Part shown: positions 38,825 to 48,495 of the stretch, piece by piece
Numbering within the stretch: position 1 is the stretch's first letter
Layout: the number at the start of each line of letters is the position of its first letter
Assembly: GCA_040384445.1 (NCBI GenBank)
Contig: JAZKJG010000001.1
Span: 249,483 to 313,482 of the forward strand
DNA from: Patescibacteria group bacterium
GTDB taxonomy: Bacteria > Patescibacteriota > Minisyncoccia > Phycocordibacterales > CAIZLB01
Direction: 5' to 3'
Length of the DNA stretch: 64,000 bases
Position numbers and translations under genes: made by a program
Notes under the pieces: generated by a model
Told to the model about the DNA's origin: nothing
Databases searched by the model: none
The model's input: the letters and a program-made list of their open reading frames with translations, nothing else

Positions 38825-40093
38825 CTATTTAGCCAATATTTCAACTGCTTTCTTCTGCTGTGAGTCATTCTGCTTCTTAGCATCTTCTTCCGTGATTTTC
38901 ACTTCTATATCAGGAGTAAGACCATTTACAGAAATAGAACGACCTTCTGGAGTCAGCCATCGTGCAATAGTTACCTTAAGACCAGTTGTTGGAGTTACCT
39001 TGATATATTCCTGTACAGATCCTTTTCCAAATGTTTTCTGACCTACAAGTGTTGCAAGCTTGTAATCCTGAAGTGCACCTGCCAAAATTTCAGATGCTGA
39101 TGCAGAACCTCCATCAATAAGCACAACCACCTTCACATCTGACCCAATAGTTCCATATCCTAGACTTCGCATATATTCTGTCTCTTTCTTTTTTCCATAA
39201 TCCTGACTCACGATAATTTTTCCTTGTGGAATAAAATGACTTGCAATATCAACAGCAGAATCTAAATATCCTCCTGGATTTCCTCGTAAATCAATAATCA
39301 ACTTTTTAGCACCTGCTGCTTTAAACTCTTTCAGAGCTTGAGTAAACATACTTGCCACCTGTTCTGAGAATGAATGAATCTTTATAGTATACACTCCAGT
39401 TGCTTGATCAAAGTTTTTTGTAATTGTTGGAAGTTCAATTGTGTCTCGAAGTACCTTGATCTCTAGAGGCTGATCAATCCCTTCTCTATATATCGTAAGT
39501 GCAACCTCTGTACCTTTTTTACCTCGGATCAGATTTACCGCAGCATCAATAGCCATATCTGTTGTAATTGTTTTATCAATTTTCAAAATCTTATCCCCTG
39601 ACTTTAGGCCAGCTTTCTCAGCAGGACTTCCAGGAAGAGGAGAAATAATTGTAATTATTCCATCCTTCTTTCCAACCTCCATTCCCACACCCTCAAAACT
39701 ACCTTTGATCTCACTTTCAAACGAGCTCGCCTCAGTTGGCACAAAGAATGTTGTATATGGATCCCCTTCAGCATCTACCATACCTTTAATTGCCCCATAT
39801 AATCTTCTCTCTGCAACAGACAAAGAGTCAGATGAAGTTGTGGCTGTACTTGTTGAACCTCTATCATCATCAGAACTAAACGGATCTCTGTGAGATGTTG
39901 TTACGAATTCATTGTCTAATATTTCCCAGACTTTTGTGAATGTCTTTGTGTCAAAGCCCTCTGGGGTGTTTCTTGAAGCAGAGTTAGCAGCAATTGCTGG
40001 TGAAAAATTACCAATCAGAAAACCACCAAGAAATATCAACCCTACAATCAATATTTTTTCTAAATTCTTTGTTTTACTAGGTGTTGTTTCCAT
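38825..40093 (-). CDS. ctpA: Carboxyl-terminal processing protease (S41) with PDZ domain
   Basis: 422 aa; N-terminal TM, PDZ (GSPAEKAGLKSGDKILKID), S41 signature DLRGNPGGYL and catalytic Ser/Lys region. Confidence 0.85.
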   Translation of the reverse strand: METTPSKTKNLEKILIVGLIFLGGFLIGNFSPAIAANSASRNTPEGFDTKTFTKVWEILDNEFVTTSHRDPFSSDDDRGSTSTATTSSDSLSVAERRLYGAIKGMVDAEGDPYTTFFVPTEASSFESEIKGSFEGVGMEVGKKDGIITIISPLPGSPAEKAGLKSGDKILKIDKTITTDMAIDAAVNLIRGKKGTEVALTIYREGIDQPLEIKVLRDTIELPTITKNFDQATGVYTIKIHSFSEQVASMFTQALKEFKAAGAKKLIIDLRGNPGGYLDSAVDIASHFIPQGKIIVSQDYGKKKETEYMRSLGYGTIGSDVKVVVLIDGGSASASEILAGALQDYKLATLVGQKTFGKGSVQEYIKVTPTTGLKVTIARWLTPEGRSISVNGLTPDIEVKITEEDAKKQNDSQQKKAVEILAK

Positions 40094-40153
40094 ATATATT
40101 CAAGTATACCTTATGTTAAAAAATATGCTATACTACCTTTGTAACTATTACAT

Positions 40154-40690
40154 ATGGCACAATATACACCACGTCCAACAACACCTAGAACAAATATTAA
40201 CTATCATATTCGGGCGCCCGAATTGCGACTTATTGATGAAAATGGAGAAAACATTGGCGTTGTAAGTAACGCAGAAGCTCAGAAGTTGGCTCAAACAGCA
40301 GGACTTGACCTTATTGAGATATCCCCAAATGCTAACCCTCCGGTTGCAAAAATCATGGATTATGGTAGATTTCAATATGACGAGAACAAAAAGCAGAAAG
40401 CCTCAAAAGCTACTGCAAAAGTTGTCGAAGTGAAAAATATTCAGGTAAAGATTGGTACAGGTGAAGCAGACCTTGCCCTTAAGGCAAAAAAAGCTTCAGA
40501 ATGGCTCGCAGATGGTCAGCAGGTACGAGTAGAATTATTCGTGTCAGGACGATCAAAGTTTTTAAAGGATGACTTTTTAAATGAGAGACTACAACGGTAC
40601 CTTAATCTTATCTCTGTTGATTTCAAGATCACAGTACCTCTTAAGCGAGGACCTAAAGGACCAGCACTTGTTATTGAAAAAAAGAAGTAG
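40154..40690 (+). CDS. infC: Translation initiation factor IF-3
   Basis: 178 aa; IRAPELRLIDENGENIGVVS...LDLIEISPNANPPVAKIMDYG; starts the infC-rpmI-rplT operon. Confidence 0.85.
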   Translation: MAQYTPRPTTPRTNINYHIRAPELRLIDENGENIGVVSNAEAQKLAQTAGLDLIEISPNANPPVAKIMDYGRFQYDENKKQKASKATAKVVEVKNIQVKIGTGEADLALKAKKASEWLADGQQVRVELFVSGRSKFLKDDFLNERLQRYLNLISVDFKITVPLKRGPKGPALVIEKKK

Positions 40691-40815
40691 GCTGTTTATC
40701 ACTTTTGACAACTAAAAGATCCGTCGAAAAGGCACTTGAAGTGAGAACATATGTTCTCCGCCTCGAGACTTATAAATAAGTACTTCCTTAACGGAAGTGA
40801 AATAAAATAAAAATT

Positions 40816-41007
40816 ATGACTGTAAAATCAAACAAGTCTTTTGCTAAACGTCTTAAAGTTAGTAAAAACGGTAAAATCAAAGCACGAGTTCCAGGACATA
40901 ACCACTTTAACTCAAAAGAAAGTGGACGTTCTCAGCTAGCTAAAAAACGACAGGTAGACTTTCACATGTCTAGTCAAGAAAAGAGACGATTTCTTGCTCA
41001 CCTATAA
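40816..41007 (+). CDS. rpmI: 50S ribosomal protein L35
   Basis: 63 aa, highly basic; conserved position between infC and rplT. Confidence 0.7.
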   Translation: MTVKSNKSFAKRLKVSKNGKIKARVPGHNHFNSKESGRSQLAKKRQVDFHMSSQEKRRFLAHL

Positions 41008-41042
41008 TTCTTATTCATCATTAATAATACTTACATACATAT

Positions 41043-41390
41043 ATGGTACGAGTTAAAAAAGGCGTTCACGCCGCAAAAACAAGACGAAATGTCCTTAGAA
41101 TGGCTAAGGGTTTTAGAGGAGGAAGAAGTACAAAAGAAAAACTAGCGTATGAACAGATCGTTCACTCACTAAACACAGCCTTTGCACACCGACGAGACAA
41201 GAAAGGAGATTTCCGAAGACTATGGAATGTTAAAATCAACGCAGCACTTCGAACATATGGAACTACGTACAGTAAGTTCATAGGAATTCTTAAGAAAAAA
41301 GAAATCGAAGTTGACCGAAAGATTATGGCTGACCTAGCTCAGAATGATCCAACTGTTTTCGAAAGATTTGTGAAAAACGTGTTGGCGTAA
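41043..41390 (+). CDS. rplT: 50S ribosomal protein L20
   Basis: 115 aa; MVRVKKGVHAAKTRRNVLRMAKGFRGGRS...RRLWNVKINAALR. Confidence 0.9.
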   Translation: MVRVKKGVHAAKTRRNVLRMAKGFRGGRSTKEKLAYEQIVHSLNTAFAHRRDKKGDFRRLWNVKINAALRTYGTTYSKFIGILKKKEIEVDRKIMADLAQNDPTVFERFVKNVLA

Positions 41391-41400
41391 GCTACACATA

Positions 41401-41431
41401 AAAAAGACCTTCACTGCGAAGGTCTTTTTTA
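41401..41431 (+). terminator. Intrinsic terminator after rplT
   Basis: aaaaagaccttc-actgc-gaaggtct followed by tttttt. Confidence 0.6.
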
Positions 41432-41442
41432 TTTACAATTTT

Positions 41443-41691
41443 CTACTGAAGTTCAATACTTGTTGATGCCAACTGCTCCTCTGTAGGAGGTTGTGCCCAT
41501 CGTCCTTGCTGAGCAGGTACTGCACCTTGCATCATCATATGACCTCCTCTCATATCCGCATTGCCTCGAATCATCATCATTTTATCGTGTCGCCCCCCTC
41601 GACCACAAAGTGCAATGATGAATCCTAGAATAATAATCGACACTAGGATTAACATATTTCTGTTAATACTAAATTGTATTTGTTTGTCCAT
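41443..41691 (-). CDS. Small membrane protein with His/Met-rich tail (82 aa)
   Basis: N-terminal TM, then MMMIRGNADMRGGHMMMQG...; Met-rich motifs can bind Cu(I). Confidence 0.3.
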   Translation of the reverse strand: MDKQIQFSINRNMLILVSIIILGFIIALCGRGGRHDKMMMIRGNADMRGGHMMMQGAVPAQQGRWAQPPTEEQLASTSIELQ

Positions 41692-41727
41692 GTTTTTAAA
41701 TTAATGATTAATAATAGGTATAGTATA

Positions 41728-42195
41728 CTACTTTTTCACTTTACCCTTACCTTTCGTTGGAAAATTTGTCACAATATCTACCTTAGTTGCGTTGATAATT
41801 AAATCAGCGGCGTGAATTTGCCCTGAAACAATAACCTTCTGTCCTACTGCCAGATCTGCGAACGTTGCAGCAAGACCATCTTTCTTAATAGTTGTTGTTG
41901 CAGTAGTTTGTGCATCTACTGAAATCACTTTTTCAACCCCTTTTGTTGTACTTGCATGCTTATGATGAACTTCAAATGTAAATCCAGTTCCACTCACAGC
42001 AGTAATGGTACCTACACTATGTTTAACTCTAGACCTGATTTTATTCGGATCTTTCATGTGTAATGCACCATTTCTGGTTGAAGTTGCATATGACGAACCA
42101 GTAGACGTTGCTGCATACGTTTTGATTGAGGATGTGCCTCCAACCAATAATGTGAGTGCAAACGCACCAGTGATGATTCTTTGTTTGTATTTCAT
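41728..42195 (-). CDS. Secreted hypothetical protein (155 aa)
   Basis: Signal peptide; Thr/Ser-rich; no motif recognised. Confidence 0.4.
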   Translation of the reverse strand: MKYKQRIITGAFALTLLVGGTSSIKTYAATSTGSSYATSTRNGALHMKDPNKIRSRVKHSVGTITAVSGTGFTFEVHHKHASTTKGVEKVISVDAQTTATTTIKKDGLAATFADLAVGQKVIVSGQIHAADLIINATKVDIVTNFPTKGKGKVKK

Positions 42196-42262
42196 TATGT
42201 ATGTATATATTAATTAGTTGGTAACGTATACTAGTACACCAACCACACACATTTATTTCATT

Positions 42263-42622
42263 TTATCTCACGTAGAATCTCACAAGTAGTCCAAACAACA
42301 GCAAAGTCATTGCAAGTAACATGATCGTAGATATATATCGCTCTTTTACAATTGCAAATATTGAACCAAACAAAAACACAGTAGGAATAATAAAATGATG
42401 TACACCGGCCACACACGCATCTGTACACAGCAGTAATATTATAAACGGATATATACTTCCAACACACACAACAACTATTCCAACCCAACTCAGCACAGTA
42501 GTGAGTGTTTCAAATCTCTCATTTGCTGGTGTAAAATTTACCATGCGGAGGATGTGAGATTCGAACTCACGGAACCATTTCTGGCTCGACAGTTTAGTAA
42601 ACTGTTGATTTAAACCACTCAT
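42263..42622 (-). CDS. Membrane protein (119 aa), hypothetical
   Basis: 2-3 TM helices. Confidence 0.35.
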   Translation of the reverse strand: MSGLNQQFTKLSSQKWFREFESHILRMVNFTPANERFETLTTVLSWVGIVVVCVGSIYPFIILLLCTDACVAGVHHFIIPTVFLFGSIFAIVKERYISTIMLLAMTLLLFGLLVRFYVR

Positions 42623-42665
42623 CCAATCCTCCTTTCTTATAGGGATAATACCCTACAAGTTTATG

Positions 42666-43211
42666 TTATGCAAACCAATGTTTTATCTCATCCTCCGCCT
42701 CTTTAACGCTCCCAGAAGCGTGTACAAGGTTCTTCACTGATCGATCTTCATCAACTGCAATCTGGTACGAATCAACCACGTAATCCCCTCGTATTGTCCC
42801 CACATCAGACGACAGAGGTTCTGTGCCTCCGATAAGCTTTCGTACAATCTTCACCGCATGTGGACCTTCCCAAACCATAGGGATTACAGGACCTGCTGTC
42901 ATGTATCGTGACAATCTTCCAAGTACTGCATCAGCCAACACGATAGGATCTTCGCTTGGTGGCGTTAATCCTTTTTCCCTATAACTCGCAAGCGTTTTCT
43001 GTCCCACTGAATCTTTCCATCCTGCCTCAAGTGTATAGTGCTTTTCAACATGGTCAGGAGTAGTACTAACCATTTTCATATCAACTAACTTCAAACCAAC
43101 TCTCTCAAATCGAGAAATGATTTCACCAACAAGACTTCTCTCTACTCCGTCTGGTTTTACTATTATAAGTGTTCTTTCTACGTGATTATGTGCCATAAAA
43201 TTATGATTCAC
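42666..43211 (-). CDS. ndk: Nucleoside diphosphate kinase
   Basis: 181 aa; ERTLIIVKPDGVERSLVGEIISRFERVGLKLV, NLVHASGS (catalytic His region). Confidence 0.9.
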   Translation of the reverse strand: MNHNFMAHNHVERTLIIVKPDGVERSLVGEIISRFERVGLKLVDMKMVSTTPDHVEKHYTLEAGWKDSVGQKTLASYREKGLTPPSEDPIVLADAVLGRLSRYMTAGPVIPMVWEGPHAVKIVRKLIGGTEPLSSDVGTIRGDYVVDSYQIAVDEDRSVKNLVHASGSVKEAEDEIKHWFA

Positions 43212-44871
43212 AACTTACACAAACCTTCTTTCGACTTAACACCTGAGCAGCGTTCATACTGTGTTGGTAATACAATGTTTTCACACCACTTTTCCATGCA
43301 TCAATATATAGAGCGTTGATCTCTTTTGCTGTAGTTGTTTTAGGATTGATCATCAGGTTAAGAGACTGACTCTGATCGATAAACATTTGTCGTGCTCCGG
43401 CTTGATCAATAATCGCATACTGGTCGATTTCAGCGAATGTTTTAAATACATCTTTTTCTTCTTGAGAAAGAAAATCAATATGCTGCACAGATCCATCTTT
43501 ATCTCGAATATCTTGCCATACATCTTTTGTATTCTTTCCTTTTGACTCAAGAAGTTTTTCCAAGAATGGATTTGTAATTGTTACTTTCATTTTCTCAATA
43601 TCTTTCACGTAACAGTTTGACCATACAGGTTCGATACTCTGAGATACTTGTCCTAGAATAAACGCAGAAGATGTTGTGGGTGCAACAGCACATAATGTTG
43701 TATGTCTTCGTCCAATCCCTTCAAGCATTTTAGGTTCTCCGTACTTCACCGCCATTTCCGCTGATGCTTCGTACGCTTTTGTTTTTATAAATTTAAATAG
43801 TTCAACATTAAGAACTGCAGCTTCCTGACTTTCAAAAGAAATCATTTTACTTTGTAGGAATGAGTGCCATCCAAGTACCCCTAATCCAATCGCTCGGTTC
43901 TCAACAGCAAATCTGTATGATTTTTCCATAAAATAAAACTCTTGTCGTCGCTCTGCATCTTCTGAATCTCGATATCCTTCTAGTTTATTGATAAAATCAG
44001 TCATCACCGCATCAAGGAAATATGTCAGAGTCTGAACTGCATCTGTTGTTTTCCAATCATCATAATACAATGCATTCATTGAAGATAAGCAACACACAAA
44101 AGACCATTCATTGTTTGAAGGTAGTGCAATTTCACTACACAGGTTACTTGCATAAATCTTATGCTTATCTTTATACACCTCAACAGTATTATTGTTTACG
44201 TTATCTGAGAACAAAATATATGGATATCCGATTTCTGTTCGTCGTTTAATTACTTTCGCCCATACATTTCGCTTCTCTTCATCTCCATCTTGCATCTCTT
44301 TCATCCACTTGTCTGTTACCGTAACTGCATGTGTAAGTCCTTGAATTGGATCTCCTTCTGTTCCTACATTTAAAAACTCATCAATATCTGGATGCTCAAC
44401 AGGAAGATACGCAGCTAAATGTCCTCTTCTTGTTGACCCTTGACTCACCACGTTTGTAACCGTATCAAACAATCGCATAAAATGAACTGGTCCTGATGAT
44501 GTACCGTTGTTTGTGATCGCTGCCCCTCGAGCTCTAAGATCTCCAAAATATGCAGATGTTCCTCCTCCTTTTTTACTCATCATACCCACTTCTGCTGTTG
44601 TATATAGAATGTCTCCCATTGTGTCTCCAACATATGAACCAAAGCAACTAATTGGTAGCCCTTTAGCAAAACCGAAGTTAACCCACACAGGTGTGGCAAG
44701 AGAATAATATCCCTTTTCCATATATCCATAAAATTTATCGGCAAATCCTGGAATTCCTAGGATTTTTTCTGCATGCTCTGCAAGAAAACGAATTCGTTCT
44801 TCTGCTGTTGACCCATCGTTAATATAATCTTTTGCAAGGAATTTTCTACTATTTTCGTTGAGCCATTTCAT
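43201..44871 (-). CDS. nrdA: Class I ribonucleotide reductase alpha subunit, short form lacking an N-terminal ATP-cone
   Basis: 556 aa; active-site NLCSEI; begins directly in the catalytic barrel with no VxKRDG ATP-cone motif. Confidence 0.75.
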   Translation of the reverse strand: MKWLNENSRKFLAKDYINDGSTAEERIRFLAEHAEKILGIPGFADKFYGYMEKGYYSLATPVWVNFGFAKGLPISCFGSYVGDTMGDILYTTAEVGMMSKKGGGTSAYFGDLRARGAAITNNGTSSGPVHFMRLFDTVTNVVSQGSTRRGHLAAYLPVEHPDIDEFLNVGTEGDPIQGLTHAVTVTDKWMKEMQDGDEEKRNVWAKVIKRRTEIGYPYILFSDNVNNNTVEVYKDKHKIYASNLCSEIALPSNNEWSFVCCLSSMNALYYDDWKTTDAVQTLTYFLDAVMTDFINKLEGYRDSEDAERRQEFYFMEKSYRFAVENRAIGLGVLGWHSFLQSKMISFESQEAAVLNVELFKFIKTKAYEASAEMAVKYGEPKMLEGIGRRHTTLCAVAPTTSSAFILGQVSQSIEPVWSNCYVKDIEKMKVTITNPFLEKLLESKGKNTKDVWQDIRDKDGSVQHIDFLSQEEKDVFKTFAEIDQYAIIDQAGARQMFIDQSQSLNLMINPKTTTAKEINALYIDAWKSGVKTLYYQHSMNAAQVLSRKKVCVSCES

Positions 44872-44907
44872 GATGTTGTGTAGTTAGTTTGTTATGTATG
44901 TTTTTAA

Positions 44908-46218
44908 TTAAAATAGATCATTTCCAGTGATACTTGTAACTCGTTTGTTGTAGTTCACCGATCTCTTAACGAAGAAGTCTCCATGTTTCGTTGTCATAAT
45001 CTCGTCGTCAAACCAATCTGTTTTTGCAAGTGTTGCTGGGTCGATATCGAAGATTTTCTTAATTCCAAGTGATACCAATGAGTTGTTGAATCTATTTTTT
45101 ATAAATTCCTTGATCACATCTTTTGGCAAGAAATCCAACTCTCCCTTCTCAAAAATCCAATCAATAATTCTTTCTTCTGCCTTATATGCCTCTTCGCACA
45201 GGCTGATAACACTTTCTTCGTATTGTGCATCAAACCATTCTGGATGCTCTTGTTGAATAATCTTAATCAAATCGATACCAAATAGTCCATGAATCTGCTC
45301 TTCTTTCGATGTGGCCTCAATCACATTCGACATTCCTCTAAACATTGATTTATGTTTATTGAACGACATAATGATCAAAAACTGTGAGAACAACGATACA
45401 TGTTCTATGAATAAAGAAAACAGTAGTAGAGTTTTAGAATAATCTTTCTCGCTTCCAAATGATGCATATGAAATCGCTTTCTCTACATAATTTACCCGAT
45501 CCATGATTGCTGGAATAGATTTGATGTTATCAAACTCATCGTTCAAACCTAAAATATCAAGCAGGTTCGCATACGCATCAGCGTGTCGAACTTCTGACTC
45601 TGCAAACGTAGCTCCAACCGCCCCAATCTCTGGTTTTGGAATCTTTTTGTACACATCTCCCCAAAAAGTTTTTACAGACACCTCAACTTGTGCAATTGCA
45701 AGCATTGCATTCTTAAGTGCACTTCGTTCTACCTCGTTAATGTTTGCTTTGTAGTCATGAATGTCAGATGTGAAGTTAAATTCACTATGTAACCAGTACG
45801 AGTGTCGGATTCCATCCACGTATTCGAGTAATTCTGGGTATTCGTATGGACGTAATGCCACTCTTTTTTTAAATAGATCTCTTTTTCGAGCTTCTGCATG
45901 CTTTTCTCGGTACAGGATGTATGCTTTTGCTGTTGCAAACAGATCAGATCGCATCAACATAATTTCAACAACATCTTGAACACCCTCTACTGAAGGTGTA
46001 AAAGATCCATCTTTGTTCTTTCCTTCTAGATTTTCAATAACTTTCTGTGATAGTTCCTGCGCTAGTCCGTTTTTATACTCACCAGACTCTTTTAGCGCTT
46101 TTTCAATGGCAACAACAACTTTTTCAGGATTAAAATTAACGATTGATCGATCTCGTTTAAGAACAAAACTTATTTTGTGATGTGCTGCTTTTGTCATAGG
46201 TACTATATATAATATCAT
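44908..46218 (-). CDS. nrdB: Class I ribonucleotide reductase beta subunit (R2, ferritin-like) with N-terminal ATP-cone
   Basis: 436 aa; residues ~15-105 form an ATP-cone (VLKRDRSIVNFNPEKVVVAIEKAL...); the remainder has diiron ligand motifs ESEVRHADAY and SKEEQIHG. Confidence 0.8.
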   Translation of the reverse strand: MILYIVPMTKAAHHKISFVLKRDRSIVNFNPEKVVVAIEKALKESGEYKNGLAQELSQKVIENLEGKNKDGSFTPSVEGVQDVVEIMLMRSDLFATAKAYILYREKHAEARKRDLFKKRVALRPYEYPELLEYVDGIRHSYWLHSEFNFTSDIHDYKANINEVERSALKNAMLAIAQVEVSVKTFWGDVYKKIPKPEIGAVGATFAESEVRHADAYANLLDILGLNDEFDNIKSIPAIMDRVNYVEKAISYASFGSEKDYSKTLLLFSLFIEHVSLFSQFLIIMSFNKHKSMFRGMSNVIEATSKEEQIHGLFGIDLIKIIQQEHPEWFDAQYEESVISLCEEAYKAEERIIDWIFEKGELDFLPKDVIKEFIKNRFNNSLVSLGIKKIFDIDPATLAKTDWFDDEIMTTKHGDFFVKRSVNYNKRVTSITGNDLF

Positions 46219-46376
46219 TAAAACTCTGATAAAGAATACATCAATACCTCCTTTGGTACCTTACAGTACACATACATCCATATGTAAATAGTTACGGTGG
46301 AAAATGTACAAAAGTAAGGAACTATATACTTTCAACCTGTCGTCAACTTGACAATTCTGCAACAAATTTTTTAGTG

Positions 46377-46407
46377 AAAAAACACTCAAGATTATGAGTG
46401 TTTTTTT
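46377..46407. terminator. Bidirectional hairpin terminator downstream of the LOG-family gene
   Basis: A-run, cactca-agatta-tgagtg, then ttttttt. Confidence 0.5.
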
Positions 46408-46423
46408 ATTTGAAAAATATTTT

Positions 46424-47020
46424 TTAGAGCAATTGTTTTTTTTCTCGAACCATATTCATCACTTTCGTTACCAACTTTCGAGGATCTTTATCAAACGCAA
46501 TGTATTTATTTGTTCTATGACTCTTTTCAATGATAAATTTTATCACTTCATCAGTCTCCCATCCATCTCCCTCTAGAATCCCCATCGGTGTCTCACCTTC
46601 AAATGCAATTGTAAACTCATGAATCGTTCCAATTCTTCCTGGTCCAATAATAATCCCATCACATGAACGAGTAAAGATAATATCTCTTCCTGGATACCCA
46701 AAACCTGTGAACGAAATTAAATCCATATAATCAAGAGGAAGTCGATACACATCAGTATGCTCTTTTGGACCTACAGCTGGAGAAAAACCAATTGATAATC
46801 CACCAGCATGTTTCGCCCCCATCGCAGACCAGTGAGGAAAACCAGTTGAAGCACCAGTTACAAGTATTCCTCCCTGCTCAACAATCTCAGCTCCAAGCTG
46901 TTTTCCAATCTGACATACTTCCTGAGTTAAAAAACTTCCGTCAGCACTTGCACTTACTCCAATCTTTGGTGTAAGGTATGCTTTTTTTATATCAGTCTGC
47001 ACAGTTGAAGTTACTTTCAT
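46424..47020 (-). CDS. LOG/TIGR00725-family Rossmann-fold protein
   Basis: 198 aa; VTGASTG...GGLSIGFSP...GPGRIGTIHEF resemble LOG-family PGGxGTxxE and glycine-rich motifs. Confidence 0.5.
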   Translation of the reverse strand: MKVTSTVQTDIKKAYLTPKIGVSASADGSFLTQEVCQIGKQLGAEIVEQGGILVTGASTGFPHWSAMGAKHAGGLSIGFSPAVGPKEHTDVYRLPLDYMDLISFTGFGYPGRDIIFTRSCDGIIIGPGRIGTIHEFTIAFEGETPMGILEGDGWETDEVIKFIIEKSHRTNKYIAFDKDPRKLVTKVMNMVREKKQLL

Positions 47021-47070
47021 GCTATGTATTGTAGCATTATATACTTTGCAGTTGCAAAATTTTTTCTTTT

Positions 47071-47550
47071 TTATTCGAGCACATCAATACCTTCAATCAC
47101 AACTGGTGATGTTGGTCTGTCATTTGCACCAGTTTCTGTATTTTCAATTTCATGTACAACATCCATGCCGTTCGACACTCTTCCAAACACTGTATGTTTT
47201 GCATCTAAAAAATTATTATCTTTAACATTTATAAAAAACTGACTTCCGTTTGTATTTGGTCCAGCATTAGCCATAGAAATAGTTCCTGTGTAGTTTCCAT
47301 TTGTATCTCCAATCTCATCCTCGAACATATATCCAGGTCCTCCTGTACCCCATCGGTGTGATTCAGCTTCTTCCTTACTCAAAGGATCCCCACCCTGAAT
47401 CATAAATCCTTTAATAACTCTGTGGAATTTAACTCCATTATAAAATCCCTCTTTTGCAAGCTTTATAAAGTTTGCAACTGTATTAGGTGCAATTTCTTCG
47501 AATAATTCTAGATCAATAGATCCTCGGCTTGTGTGTAGTTTTATATTCAT
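47071..47550 (-). CDS. ppiB: Peptidyl-prolyl cis-trans isomerase, cyclophilin type
   Basis: 159 aa; FHRVIKGFMIQGGDP, FFINVKDNNFLD. Confidence 0.9.
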   Translation of the reverse strand: MNIKLHTSRGSIDLELFEEIAPNTVANFIKLAKEGFYNGVKFHRVIKGFMIQGGDPLSKEEAESHRWGTGGPGYMFEDEIGDTNGNYTGTISMANAGPNTNGSQFFINVKDNNFLDAKHTVFGRVSNGMDVVHEIENTETGANDRPTSPVVIEGIDVLE

Positions 47551-47571
47551 AGATCGATACTATATCATAAT

Positions 47572-48138
47572 TTAATATTTCCGTATAACTCCTTTTACAA
47601 TCGCCACAATCTGGAATGATTCAGTTGGATAAATATCCTTAAAATCTTTATTTGCAGGTCGTAAGAAAATAGTGTCACCTTTTTTCTTGAAATATTTCAT
47701 AGTGAATCCTCCGTCAACTTCAGCGATCACTATTTCCCCATCTTTCGCATCTGACTTTTTCTCAACAATCACATAATCTCCTTCCTTGATACCTTCATCA
47801 ATCATAGAGTCACCTTTTACCTCAAGAATGTAACTGTTCTCTTTGTGTGGCATCAAGTACTGATCTATATCAATCGTGTCTAACAAATCTTCCTCGGCAA
47901 GTGAAGGTAAACCGGCTTCAACATATCCAAGGAAAGGAACTTCATCACTCATGAACGCTGGTGTAATCTTTCCTTTCGCATCTTTAAGAATTACCCCAAG
48001 CTCAACAAGCTTATTAATAAGCTTGTAGACTGCGTTCTTAGATTTAAAACCAGTAAGCGACATGATCTCGGCATAACCGGGCATACGCTTATTGTTTTCA
48101 TAAAATGAGAGTATCTTTTTTTTGTAGGTGTCTATCAT
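47572..48138 (-). CDS. lexA: LexA repressor
   Basis: 188 aa; N-terminal wHTH; cleavage site VEAGLPS (Ala-Gly); S24 peptidase Ser (GDSM) and Lys. Confidence 0.85.
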   Translation of the reverse strand: MIDTYKKKILSFYENNKRMPGYAEIMSLTGFKSKNAVYKLINKLVELGVILKDAKGKITPAFMSDEVPFLGYVEAGLPSLAEEDLLDTIDIDQYLMPHKENSYILEVKGDSMIDEGIKEGDYVIVEKKSDAKDGEIVIAEVDGGFTMKYFKKKGDTIFLRPANKDFKDIYPTESFQIVAIVKGVIRKY

Positions 48139-48150
48139 CTTGTATATTGA

Positions 48151-48366
48151 TTATAGCAAGAAAGATGCCATTGCGTGAGATAATCTCATAGTCCAAGATT
48201 CTCGTTTTACATCACCTCGAATTGCTTGAGTTAAATGTGAGATAAGAAACTTATGTCTCTTTGACTCTTTTTTATACTCTAGCCCTTGAATAATTTTCAG
48301 ATCAATTTGTTCGTTGATCTTCTCTAATTCAGTATGTATTGTTGTAATTAATTTTTGTTTACTCAT
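48151..48366 (-). CDS. Small helical protein (71 aa), first gene of the lexA operon
   Basis: 12-nt gap to the lexA start; its promoter carries the LexA box. Confidence 0.4.
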   Translation of the reverse strand: MSKQKLITTIHTELEKINEQIDLKIIQGLEYKKESKRHKFLISHLTQAIRGDVKRESWTMRLSHAMASFLL

Positions 48367-48367
48367 A

Positions 48368-48401
48368 TTTATAGTATAGTGAACTACGGTTCACCTGTCA
48401 A
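48368..48401 (-). promoter_or_regulatory. SOS promoter: TTGACA-N17-TATACT with a Cheo-type LexA box GTGAACcgtaGTTCAC inside the spacer
   Basis: Plus-strand palindrome gtgaactacggttcac at 48379-48394; -35 ttgaca (plus tgtcaa 48396-48401); -10 tatact (plus agtata 48373-48378); 6 nt before the ATG. Confidence 0.55.
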
Positions 48402-48495
48402 AGAATATGCATGTGGATAACGAAGTATGATACATGGAATTTATTTTGTAAATAAAAATCCCCTCCCTAGCGGTGAAGCATAGGAAGGGTCTTGA

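Noticed and set aside
46219-46330. NrdR box upstream of nrdB
   Set aside because: acacatacatccatatgt only loosely resembles the NrdR palindrome (acaCwAtATaTwGtgt); no second box is seen and no nrdR is in the window.
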